64,000 nt of DNA, taken from positions 70,990,001-71,054,000 of the forward strand of contig OZ038379.1 in NCBI GenBank assembly GCA_964036045.1, in the 5' to 3' direction. A model generated the notes under the pieces. That model was given only the letters and a program-made list of their open reading frames with translations, had not been told where the DNA came from and did not search any database. Each line of letters begins with the position of its first letter. Position 1 is the stretch's first letter. This document shows positions 47,101 through 59,342 of the stretch, piece by piece. Position numbers and translations under genes: made by a program. Source of the stretch: Eutreptiella sp. 'Long Island Sound 2002' (Eukaryota; Protista; Euglenida).

Positions 47101-50100
47101 ACAGACTTCCAATCAACTTCTGACTGACGTGTCAAGACCAATAGCGGCAACGTTCTGGGGGGTCAGAACTGAAGAGGGTTGACATCAACCGAGGCGGCCT
47201 TGTGATGGGAATGGGCCAACCGCATTGTTGAACCCACACAAAGTGGAACACACCCTTCGTGGCGACCCAGCCGGAGCGACTGCCAGAGACGAAAATCCAA
47301 CCACTGTTGTTGACCACGATCACTTCCTCAGCATCAAAATACATGCCTTCTTTATCATTATCCTCTCCATCCCATAAAAGCGGAGGCTTGTGATAGGGCT
47401 GCACATGAGGCGCCATTGCTCCTACACGAAAATCGGTGGCAGAAAATGGACACTGGAGTGGCCCACATGTACAGCACAGAAGCAACAACCACCACCAAGG
47501 CGCCGCAAACTCTCTTGCGTCCAGACTGCTTCCATATCTTGGCTCTCATCATAGCAAACAAGAACACAGACTGTCCCTTATGCAACAAGTTTCATTTCCA
47601 AGATGACCAGATGACACCAGCACTCTGACAATTTTCTCGGTGGTGAGGGGGGAGGTAATCAAACTGGGGTTTGATGTGTGTATTGCGACAATGGAATGGT
47701 GTTGCAGGTTTCAGCCCTGGTCCCCAAGTCAGAAGGTGCATTTGACATGGCAAGCTTTAGGATTATGGACTCTGTGAGCTCAGCGCAAGGACTACAAAAT
47801 GCTTTAATTCTGTGTTTGAACCTGGTTTGGGGACCAACACTTAGGTTGTGCCTCACTTGCTCGCCTCACTAACAGAGCCTTTGTTCTGTCAAATCACATG
47901 CACAGAGGAGCATGAGTGGCAACCAGGCCCATCAGGGGATGACTTTGCACTGTGTGCAGCTTGGTTAGTAGAACCCAGACCATATACTGATAAAAAGCAG
48001 GACCTTCCAAAAGCACCAAATGCGAATGCAAAGCACAACTCATCTGAAGAACCAAATCCGTGTACTGCTACTTCAATATTACAAATCCAGAGTGCAGCCA
48101 TGAATGCATACATGCCTCACACATGAATGAACAAATGGCATGTACCACATCTAGATATATCATCGGGACAGTGGGTAAACAAATGGCACAAAAAACCACC
48201 ATAATCCGCACTCTCTTCTCCAAAGGCATCCACATCTGCCCATACAGAAACACCAACATGAGCCCAATATGCATATGGTGGGTATCTTGTTTGCCTCCAG
48301 ATCATGAATTGGTGAAGTGCAACAGTATGCGCACATGTGCATGCAAATCTTTGGCACCACTGGTGACTAGACTGAATGTTGCATTGCATGCACCGTGCTT
48401 GCAAAATCATCCCCCTGGTCCCTTTTCCCATCTTTGCCAGATAGGAAATGGTACCTGCAAATTTGAAGAGCCCCGTTAAGGCAGCGGATATCACCTTATG
48501 CCCATGAGGGCCGAAATGATGCCCCGTTGCTCCACGAAACATGTTCTGAGTGGCCTTACTGGAGTGAAATGCCACTGAGCGCATGCTGTGCAAGACGGTG
48601 GGTAGGGATGAAGGGGATGCAGAGCACGGGGGTTGCAGGGAAGGGGGGCCATCGGCACTAGACCCCTTTTTTCTGCAATGATCTGGCATGGAGCTGGTGG
48701 CAACACATTTTGGACATGCTCAAAAAGGAAGAAAACAACTTGCGGGGGGCGGCTTCTGGCTTCATCATCCGTTGTTCACAGCAGGAAAGGGACTTAGTGG
48801 AAGAAACCCTGCACTTGCCCTTTTTTTGTCAGAATAGAAGATCGGCCACCGCAAGCCATTACCAGGTCACACACCCACCATCCTGCATCCGTGACGTACT
48901 CAAATAGGAGAAGAGGAGGCAAAAAGCGACAGTGGAACTGTGGGCAAGTACAAAGGAGGTGTCAAAGAACATGGAAACCTCTGGGGGCAGAGGGAGCCTA
49001 TGAAACAAAAAAAAGGTTATAAATTCGGTAGAACACCACTTTTCACATGTGCCTGTGAACCCAATCCCAGACTGTACACGACCCTGTCTCCCACTCACAT
49101 GATGACCAAATTGAAGCCGTGCTTCAATACAAAAAAAATGGGGTACAGGGATAGTGCGTGGCTATGGAACTGAAGAATATCTAACCATAATTCAGGGCTC
49201 AAAAAATTCTGGAACAAAGAAGGCAGCATGCCCTGTTCCGAAGTTTTGGAACAGACAGATTGTGGGCTCCACATATCAGGAATCTATGGATACATGGGTC
49301 AGGGACACAGGGATGTACTGTGCTGAGGCGTGCTGCGTGCACCTCCTCCACGCTCAAATATCTGCATGTGTCGTGAGCCCATGCAGACCCAACGTTCCCA
49401 AAATACCTTGTCAGTGTGAGCTCAGTCTGCTGCCAGGAAATTTGGTCAGCAGTTGAGTGTGTGCTTCAAACAGGTCGATCTTTAAAGACTCTTTCTTTGC
49501 ATGTAGTGGGGCACGTGTTGCAACACCCTCCTTCGTTCAGAAACAGGCAGGCACCTCACATAAGGAACAACAAAGACTGACTGCTTAAGCCACAAAATGC
49601 ATTCACCTTTTACTTCAAAATGTGCCAACCTCAGACGCAGTTGCCGGAAAAACTTGCCCCCTCACGACACAAACGGCCATGACACCATGGGCCTGCTGTG
49701 AAGGCCCTGGCTGCCTATCCGATCCTTTTTACACTATCTCCCGTCAATTCACACCACAATTCCCAGCACACTGAAAGAAAGGATGCACGTAACTGCACCT
49801 GATCACTGGGATGCCATAATGAATCGCAAGGGCCAACATATAGTGGTCCTGTGCAGCCCAGTAAGTTTTGTATTCCTGAAATACCCCCACCAAAATGATT
49901 GGGGTGGTCTTGCAGTACCTGTGGCAGAATGGACAGGTCAAGCACCCAAAATCCTTGCTGGTGTTATTTGCGAATCTACACTGGTGGTACATATGCATAT
50001 GTGACCCTGTGCATGCACTGCTCTTGTGCGTGCCAATGTGTAATGTGTGCACACTGGGCAACTGCCTCGTTCTTCCTTTTGATGCACGCCACTCGACGGC

Positions 50101-50419
50101 AACCTGCTAAATACGCAGTGCACACAGCATGCCATGTGCATGCACAGCATGCCATGTGCATGCAAACAGTTATTTGTCAGTTCACATAAATGGTGGATCT
50201 GACTCACATTGTGAGAATTTACATTAGACATCAGGCAGGCCATTCATTGCTCGGTATTCAGCCAAATAGTACATTCCACCGCTTGCACTCACTGTCGAAA
50301 CAGCACATTGGTGTCCTTTGCAAGCCATTGCTACGTGATCCCCCCCAGGTCATTCCCCCCTTTTTTTCTCCAGGCACAGGCCAGGTGCACTGCACCTCAT
50401 GGAAATTGTAGATGGCCAT

Positions 50420-52890
50420 CAATGGTCCCCACTGGGACCAACATCCCCACACGCAAGGACAAGTTGGGTTTCACTTGCCACAAAGCAATGGGTTTGCAGA
50501 AGCTTGCAACTGAGCTTCATACAAGAAGAGGTGGCAAGATTTTGGCACATTGGCTTTGTAGTTGCATGGATGGCAAGATTTGGGGTTTGAAGGAGCGTTG
50601 AACTAGGGTTTGTACAAGATGGTGGCAAGGGCATACCTGGCAAGTGGGACGTGAAGAAATGGCAAGAGGTGAAAGCTTGCGGCTTGTGGGCCAAAACTAA
50701 GAGTTGAAGGGTTTGCAAGAATGCATGTTGATATTGGGGCAAGTGGGCTTTCTCTTGCCGCAAAGAATGGGCTTTGAAGAGGTGTGCAAGTAAAGAAAGG
50801 ATGGCAACATTTGGGAAAGTTGGGCAAGTAGGAATGGTAAAATTTTTGCAAGTTGGATTTCCCCGCTGCAAAGGAAGCGGTTTGACAAAGCTACAATGAT
50901 AATGTGTTAATGGATCTTTACCACATCAATGTGGGGATATCGGGTGCTGTGCTGTTTGGAAGCACCTCCTACATTATGCAAACTACCCTTCGGGGCAAAA
51001 CAGCACCTAAGACCGGGGTATTTACTCTAGTTGGGGGAGTTAAATTAGGTCCATGTGACCTTGTAGGCTATATCCTAACACTATAACTCATGTTTGTTTT
51101 TAAGAAGCAATTTTGTTTCAAAAGGCACTCAGAAAATCAATTGGTAAGCGCCATGTTGTGGAGGCCATGCCACAAACCATGTTAAGAAGTTGGCAAGTGG
51201 GGTTTCCCTTGCCATGAAACAAGGGATGCAGGAGCATGCAGTTTGTGGGGCCTTGGGCCGCATGCTTGTTGAATAATGGTCCCCCCTAGCACGGGGTGTG
51301 GGCGACTTTGACACCCAAATTTGCTTGTGGTGAGGGCCTAGAAAGGAGGGATCCGCTCTTTGAATGGTAACCCCTTAAGCCACCGCGTCCTTGCAACCAA
51401 CATATGGAAGTGCACCTCCAAATGCAATGGTGGTTCATTTGCAAACATCAACAAGGAAGTGATGTTGCTTTGTCAAAAGTAGGACCGAGTTCCATCCCAG
51501 TCGTGCGTCTAAATAAAGAATAGATAGTTCAAACCCACGCAAAAGGGCAAGAAATTGATGCATGCCTGCTCTAAATGGTAGAGGGAAGAGAAAAGGAGGA
51601 TAGGGACCCTATTGGGAGTTGTCGGAGGACGTGGTTGCAGGCCCCCTACGTACTCACGGCCCTTGTTTGGCAGTGAGTCGCACCACCTTCGTGCCCTCAT
51701 GCATGTGTGCATGTGTGTACCAACCCCACTTCCATGCTTCTACAAAAGTATGGCTTGTTGCCAAGGGGAATATGACTAACCAAAAATTTGCCATCCGTGT
51801 TTGTATGGAACCAAATCACTAAAATCCTGCCAGCCATGCTCGTAAAAAACCAACCCACCAAAATCTTGCAAGCCGTGCAAATAGAATGTCAACTTGCCAA
51901 CAACTTGCCACCATCTTGGACAAACCCCAGCTCCACGCGTCTTCAAACACCTTCCTTTGTGGCAAGAGTAAGCTAGGTTGTCAACATCTTGCCCTGATCT
52001 TACACAACCCCTGGATCCTTGCTTGTTCAAACCCATTCCTGTGAGGCATGTGGCAACTTCCCCAAATCTTGCCATCTGTGCAACTACAAAGCCCATGAAG
52101 TCCATCTGCAAATTTCTTCAAACCTCCTGCTTTGTGGCAAGTGAACCCGAACATGCAAACATCTTGCCACCATCTTGTATACCCCCCCCCGTTCAACGCT
52201 TCTGTGAAAACCCAAATCTGGCCATCTATGCAACTAAAAGCCAATGTGCCAAACTCACGCCACCTCTTCTTGTATGAAGCTCTTTTGCAAGGTTCAAACC
52301 CGTTGCTTTGTGGCAAGTGAAACCAAACATGACAAAGTCTTGCGACCATGATGTACAACCACCACTTCCATGCTTCGTCAAATTCATTGCTTGGTGGCAA
52401 GAGAAAGCCCAGGAACCAAAATCTTGCTATCCATGTTTGTACAAAGCCAACTCACCAAAACTTGGCCATCCATGCAAGTACAACATCAACTTGCCAACAT
52501 CTTGCCACCATTTTGCACAAACCCGAGCTCCCCCTACTTCAAACGCCTTTCTCTGCCACTAGTGACAGCCAACTTGCCAACATCTTGCCACCATCTTTTA
52601 CGAACCCAAGGTCCCTATTTCTTCAAACCCCTTGTTGTGCAGCAAGTGAAAGCCCACGTGCCAAAATATTGCCATCCATGCTTGTACAAAACCAACTCAC
52701 CTAAATCTTGCCATTGATGCTTGTACAAAGCCAATTGACCAAAATCTTGCCATTCGCGCAAAAGGCACGTCGACTTGCCAACAACTTGCCTCCATCCTAG
52801 ACGAACCCCAATCCCATGCTTCTTCGGACGCCTGCAAGGCCAGAGAGAGCGAGTTTGTCAACGTCTAGCCTCCATCTTATACAACCCACT
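50420..52890. repeat. Degenerate ~85-bp-based repeat family present as two oppositely oriented blocks
   Basis: TTTGTGGCAAGTGAAACC and ACTTGCCAACATCTTGCCACCATC recur on + at ~51770-52890; reverse complements (e.g. GGGTTTCACTTGCCACAAAGCAATGGGTTTG) at ~50420-50880. Confidence 0.8.
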
Positions 52891-52904
52891 TTTCCTTGCT
52901 TGTT

Positions 52905-55900
52905 CAACACCAAAAGTGTCACCACTTCAAAAATGTTGTCCTCACAACATTGATCCCTCAGGCTTCAAACTGTCATTTTTGCCATATTTTCGCTTGTTTT
53001 CTTTGGAAAAATGGGCCGCATTCCTTTCCATTGGTCACTAGACCATTCAGTCGTAGCCCCGCCGAGTTGCTGGGCAAACAAACATGTTCCTCAAAGGCTG
53101 AGAGGCACCGCACGACACGCAAAGAATTTCAACACCAACAGTGTCACCACTTCAAAAATGTTGTGCTCACAACATTCATCCCTTGAGCTTCAAACTGTCA
53201 TTATTGCCCAATTCTCACTTGTTTTCTTGGGAAAAATGGGCTGCGGTCCTTTCCGTTGGGCACTAAACAATTATGTTGTGCCCCCGGTGGGTTGCTGTGC
53301 AAACAAACATGTTCCTGAAGGCCTTAGTGGCAGTAGCACATGCAAACAGTTTCAAGGCCAACAGTGTGACCACTTCAGACATGTTGACCTCAAAACATTG
53401 ATCCTTCGGGCTTCAAACTGTCATTTTTGCCCCGTTTTCACTTGTTTTCTTCACAAAAATGGGCTTTCCGCTGAGCACTAAACCATTGTGTCGTCCCCCC
53501 GGTGAGTTGCTACGGAGACAAACGTGTTCCTCAAAGAAAGAGAGGCACCAGACCACATGCAAAGAGCTTCAACACCAATAGTGTCACCACTGCAGACCCA
53601 TTGTCCTCACAACATTGATCCCTCAGTCTTCAAACTATCATTTTTGCCCGAATTTCACTTGTTTTCTTCGGAAAAATGGGCGCCAAAACTTTCCACTTGT
53701 CACCAGACAAGTGTGTTGTCCCCCCGCTGAGTTGCTGGGCAAACAAACATGTTCCTCCAAGGCTCAGAGGCACCGCACCACATGCAAAGAGTTTCAACAC
53801 CAACAATGTCACCACTTCAGACACGTTGTCCTCACAACATTGATCCCTCAGGCTTCAAACTGTCATTTTTGCCCTCTTTTCACTTGTTTTCTTCGGAAAA
53901 ATGGGCCCCAAAACTTTCACTGGTCACGAGACCATTATGTCATCCACCCGGCACTGCACGACATGCAAAGAGTTTCAAGACCAACAGTGTCGGCACTTCA
54001 AAGATGTTGTCCTCACAACATTGATCCCTCAAGCTTCAAGCTGTCAGTTTTGCCCCATTTTCACATATTTTCTTCAAAAAAATGGCCTACGGTCCTTTCC
54101 GGTGGGCAGTAAACCATTGTGTCGCCCCCAGGTGAGTTGCTAAGCAAACAAACATGTTCCTCAAAAACTGAGAGGCACGGCATCACATCCAAAGAGTTTC
54201 AAGACCAACGGTGTCACTACTTGCGACATTTTATCTTGACAACATTGATCCCTCAAGCCTCAAACTGTCATTTTTGCCCCGTTTTCACTTATTTTCTTCG
54301 GAAAAATGGGTTGCGGTCCTTTCCGCTGGGCAGTAAACCATTGCGCCGTCCCCCGGGTGAGTTGTTGGGCAAACAAACATGTTCCTCCAAGGCCGAGAGG
54401 CACCGCATCACATGCAAAGAGTTTCACGACCAACAATGCCACCACTTCAACATGTTGTCCTCACAACATTGATCCCTCAAGCTTCGAGCTGTCATTTTTG
54501 CCCCATTTTCACTTATTTTCTTCAAAAAAAATGGCCTACGGTCCTTTCCGGTAGGCACTAAACCATTGTGTTGTCCCCCGGTGAGTTGCTGGGCAAACAA
54601 ACATGTTCCTCAAAGGCTGAGAGGCACGGCATCACATCCAGAGAAGTCCAAGACCAACAGTGTCACCACTTCCGACATTTCATCTTGACAACATTGATCC
54701 CTCAAGCCTCAAACTCTCATTTTTGCCCCATTTTCACTTGGTTTCTTCGGTAATATGGGCTGTGGAACTTCCGTTGGGCCCTGAACCATTGCGTCATCCC
54801 CCCGGTGAGTTGCTCGGCAAAAAAACTTGTTCCTCAAAGGCCGAGAGGCACCACACGACATGCAAAGAGTTTCGAGGCGAACAGTGTCACCACTTCGAAA
54901 ACGTTGTCCTCACAACATTGATCCATCGAGCTTCAAACTGTCATTTTTGCCCCGTTGGAACTTGTTTTCTTCGGAAAAATGGACCGCGGTCCTTTCCACT
55001 GGTCGCTAGACCATTTTGTCGTCGCCCCGCCGAGTTGCTGGGCAAACAAACATGTTCCTCAAAGGCTCACGGGCGCCGCACGACATGCAAAGAGTTTCAA
55101 CACCAACAGCTTCACCATGTCCAAAATGTTGTCCTCACAACATTGATTCTCCAGCTTCAAACTGTCATTTTCCCCCTCACTTTCACTTTTTTTCTTCGGA
55201 AAAATGCGCTGCTCCTCAAGTGCTGAGAGGCACCGCATGGCGTGCAAAGAGTTTCAAGACCAGCAATGTCACCACTTCAGAGATGTTGTCCTCACAACAT
55301 TGATCCCTAAGCCTTCAAAAGGTCATTTTTGCCCCGATTGAACGTGTTTGCTTCGAAAATATGGGCTGTGGTACTTTCTGCTGGGTACTAAACCATTGTG
55401 TGATCCGCTAGGTGAGTTGCTCAGCACAGAAACATGTTACTCAAACGCTCAGAGGCACCGCATGACATGCAAAGAGTTTCAACACCAACAGCTTCACCAT
55501 GTCAAAAAAGTTGTCCTCACAACATTGATCCCTCGCGCTTCAAACTTTCCGATTTGCCCCATTTTCACTTGTTTTCTTCTCAAAAATGGGCTGCGGTCCT
55601 CTTCGCTGGTCACTAAACCATTGTGTCGGCCCACGGTGAGTTGCTGGGCAAACAAACATTTTCCTGAAAGGCTGAGAGGCAGCGCACGAGGTGCAAAGAG
55701 TTTCAAGAACAACATTGTCACCACTTCAAAGATGTTGTCCTCACAACATTCATCCCTCAGGCCTCAAACTCTCATTTTTGTCGCATTTTCACTTGTTTTC
55801 TTCGGTAATATTGGTTGTGGTACTTTCCGTAGGGCCCTGAACCATTGTGTCATCCCCCTGGTGAGTTGCTCGGCAAAAAAACGTGTTCCTCAAAGGCCAA

Positions 55901-58900
55901 GAGGCACCGCACGGCATGCAAATAGTTTCAAGGCCAAAAGTGTCACCACTTGAAAAACGTTGTCCTCACAACATTGATTCCTCAGGCTTCAAACTGTCAT
56001 TTTCCCCCACTTTTCATTTGTTTTCTTCGGAAAAATGGGCCCCAGTCCATTCCAATGGTCACTAGGCCATTGTGTCGTCCCCCCGGTGAGTTGCTGTGCA
56101 AGCAAACATGTTCCTCAAAGGATGAGAGGCACCGCACCACATTCAATGAGTTTCAACACCCACCGTGTCACCAGTTCAGACATGTTCTCCTCACAACATT
56201 GATCTCTCGAGCTTCAAACTGTCATTTTTGCCCCATTTTCACTTGTTTTCTTCCGAAAAATGGGCTGCAGTCCTTATTGCTAGGCACGAAATCATTGTAT
56301 CGTCCCCCAGGTGAGTTGATGGGCAAACAAACATGTCCCTAAAAGGCTAAGAGGCACCGCACGACATGCAAAGAGCTTCAAGACCAACAGTGTCACCACT
56401 TCAGAGATGTTGTCCTCACAACATTGATCCTTCAAGCTTCAAACAAACATTTTTGCCCCATTTTCACTTGTTTTCTTTGGGAAAACGGGCCGCAATACTT
56501 TCCGTTGGGCACTAAACCATTGTGGCATCCCCCCGGGGAGTTGCTGGGGAAACAAAGGGATTCCTCAAAGGCAACGGTGTCACCACTTCGAAAATGTTGT
56601 TATCAAAACATTGATCCCTCGAGCTTTAAACTGTCATACTTGCCCCGATTTCACTTGTTTCCTTCGGAAATATGGGCTGCGGTCCTTTCCACTGGTCACC
56701 AGACCATTCTATCGTCCCCCGGCCGAGTTGCTGAGCAAACAAACATATTCTTCAAAGGCTCAAAGGCACCGGACGACATGCAAAGAGTTTCAACACCAAC
56801 AGCTTCACCATGTCAAAAATGTTGCGCTCACAACATTGTTCCCCCAAGCTTCAAGCTATCATATTTGCCCCATTTTCACTTGTTTTTTTCTGAAAAATGC
56901 GCCGTGTTTCTTTCGGCTGGGCACTAAACCATTGTGTTGTCCCCTCGTCGAGTTAATGGGCAAACAAACATGTCCCTAAAACGCTGAGAGGCACCGCACC
57001 ACATGCAAAGAGCTTCAAGACCAACAATGTCACTGCTTCAGAGATGTTGTCCTTACAACATTGATCCTTGAGGCTTCAAACTGTCCTTTTTGCCCCATGT
57101 TCACTTGTTTTCTTCGGAAATATAGGGCGTGGTACGTTCCGTTGGGCCCCGAACCATTGTGTCGTACCCACGGTGAGTTGGTGGCTTAACAAACGTGTTC
57201 CTCAAAGACTAAGAGGCACCGCACAACGTGCAAAGAGTTTCAAGACCAATAGTGTCACCACTTCAAAAATGTTGTCCTCACAACATTGATCCTTCAAGCT
57301 TCAATCAAACATTTTTTGCCCCATTTTCACTTGTTTTCTTTGGAAAAATGGGCCGCAACCCTTTCCGTTGGGCATTAAATCATTGTGGTGTCCTCCCGGT
57401 GAGTCGCTAGGGAAACAAACGTACTCCTCAAAAGGTGAGAGTCACCGCACCACATGCAGTAAGTTTCAAGACCAACAGTGTCACCACTTCGGAGATCTTG
57501 TCCTCACAACATTGATCCCTTAGGCTTTAAATTTTCATTTTTGTCCCATTGTCACTTGTTTTCTTCGGAAAAAAGAGCTACAGTGCTTTCCGCGGGACAC
57601 TAAACGATTGTGTCGTCCCTCCGGTGAGTTGCTCGGCAGGTGTTCCTCGAAGGCCGAGAGGCAGCGCACGACATGCAAAGAGTTTCAAGACCAACAATGT
57701 CACCACTTCAGACATGTTGTCCTCACAACATTGATCCCTAAGACTTCAAATTGTCATTGTTGCCTCGTTTTCACTTGTTTTCTTCTGCAAAATCGACCAC
57801 GGTCCTTTCCGAGAGGGTCTGCGGCACATGCAAAGTGTTTCAGCACCAACAGTCTCACCACTTCAGAGATGTTGTCCTAACAACGGTGATCCCTCGGGCT
57901 TCAAAGTTGTCATTTTCGCCCCATTTTCGGTTGTTTTCTTCGGAGAAATGGGCCGTGGTCCTTTCCGCTGGGCGGTAAACTATGGTGTTGTCACCCCGGT
58001 GAGTTGCTAGGCAAACAAACGTGTTCCTCAAAGGATGAGAGGCACCGGACCACTTGCAAAGTCTTTTAAAACCAACAGTGTCACAACTTCAGAGATCTGG
58101 TCCTCGCAACATTGATACCTGAAGCCTCAAGCTGTAATTTTGCAACATTTTCACTTGTTTTCTTCGCAAAAATGGGCTGTGGCCCCTTCCGTTGGGCTGA
58201 ACCATTGTATCGTCCCCCCGGTAAGTTGTTCGGCAAACAAACGTGTTCCTCAAAGGCTGGGAGGCACCGCACCACATGCAAAGAGTTTCAACACCAACGG
58301 TGTCCGCACTGGAGACATGTTGTCCTCACAACATTGTTACTTGAGGCTATAAACTGTCGTTTTTGCCCCGTTTTCACTTGTGATCTTCGCAAATATGGGC
58401 TGTGGTACTTTCTACAGGCCCCGGAACCATGGTGTCCTGCCCCCGGTGAATTGTTGGGCAAACAGGCGTGTTCCTCAAAGGCTGAGAGGCACTGCACCAC
58501 ATGCGAAGGGTTTCAAGGCAAAAAGTGTCACCACTTTAGACATGTTGTGCGCACAACATTGATGCGTCGTGCTCCAAACTGTCATTTTTGCCCTGATTTC
58601 ACTTGTTTCCTTCGGGAAAATGCGCTGCAGTCCTTTCCCTTGGGCCGTGTCCCATTGTGTTGTCGCCGCGGTGAGTTGCTGGGCAAACAAACGTGTTCCG
58701 CAAGGGTTGAGAGGCACCGCACGACATGCAAAGAGTTTCAAGAACAATAGTGTCACCACTTCAGAGATATTGACCTCAAAACATTGATCCTTCAGGCTTC
58801 AGGCTGTCATTTTTGCACCATTTTCACTAGTTTTCTTCAGAAAAATGGGCCACGGTAGTTTCCGCTAAGCACCAAACTATTGTGTCGCCCCCCCAGTGAG

Positions 58901-59342
58901 TTACTAGGCAAACATACGTATTCCTCCAAGGCTGAGAGGCACCACACCACATGCAAACAGTTTCAAGACCAACTGTGTCACGAGATGTTGGTCTCACAAC
59001 ATTGATCCCTTGGGCTTCAAATTGTCGTTTTGACCCCATTTTCATTCGTTTTCTTGGGAAAAAGGGGCTCCGGTCCTTTCTGTTTGGGCCAAGACTCATT
59101 GTGTCATCCCCTGGTGAGTTGTTGGGCAAACAAACATGTTCCTCAATGATTGAGAGGCACCGCACCACATGCAAACAGTTTCAAGACCAACATTGTCACC
59201 ACTTCAAAGATGTTGTCCTCACAACATTGATCCCTTAGGCTTCAAGCTGTCATTTTTGGGCCATTTTTGGTCGTATTCTTCACAAAAAAAAGGGGGGTGC
59301 GGTCCTTTCTGCTAGGCATTTTTGCCTCAGTTTCACTTGTTT
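52905..59342. repeat. ~224-bp satellite, diverged monomeric zone
   Basis: GTGTCACCACTTC anchors at 52916, 53141, 53364, 53581 and 53806; monomers differ visibly from one another. Confidence 0.97.
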
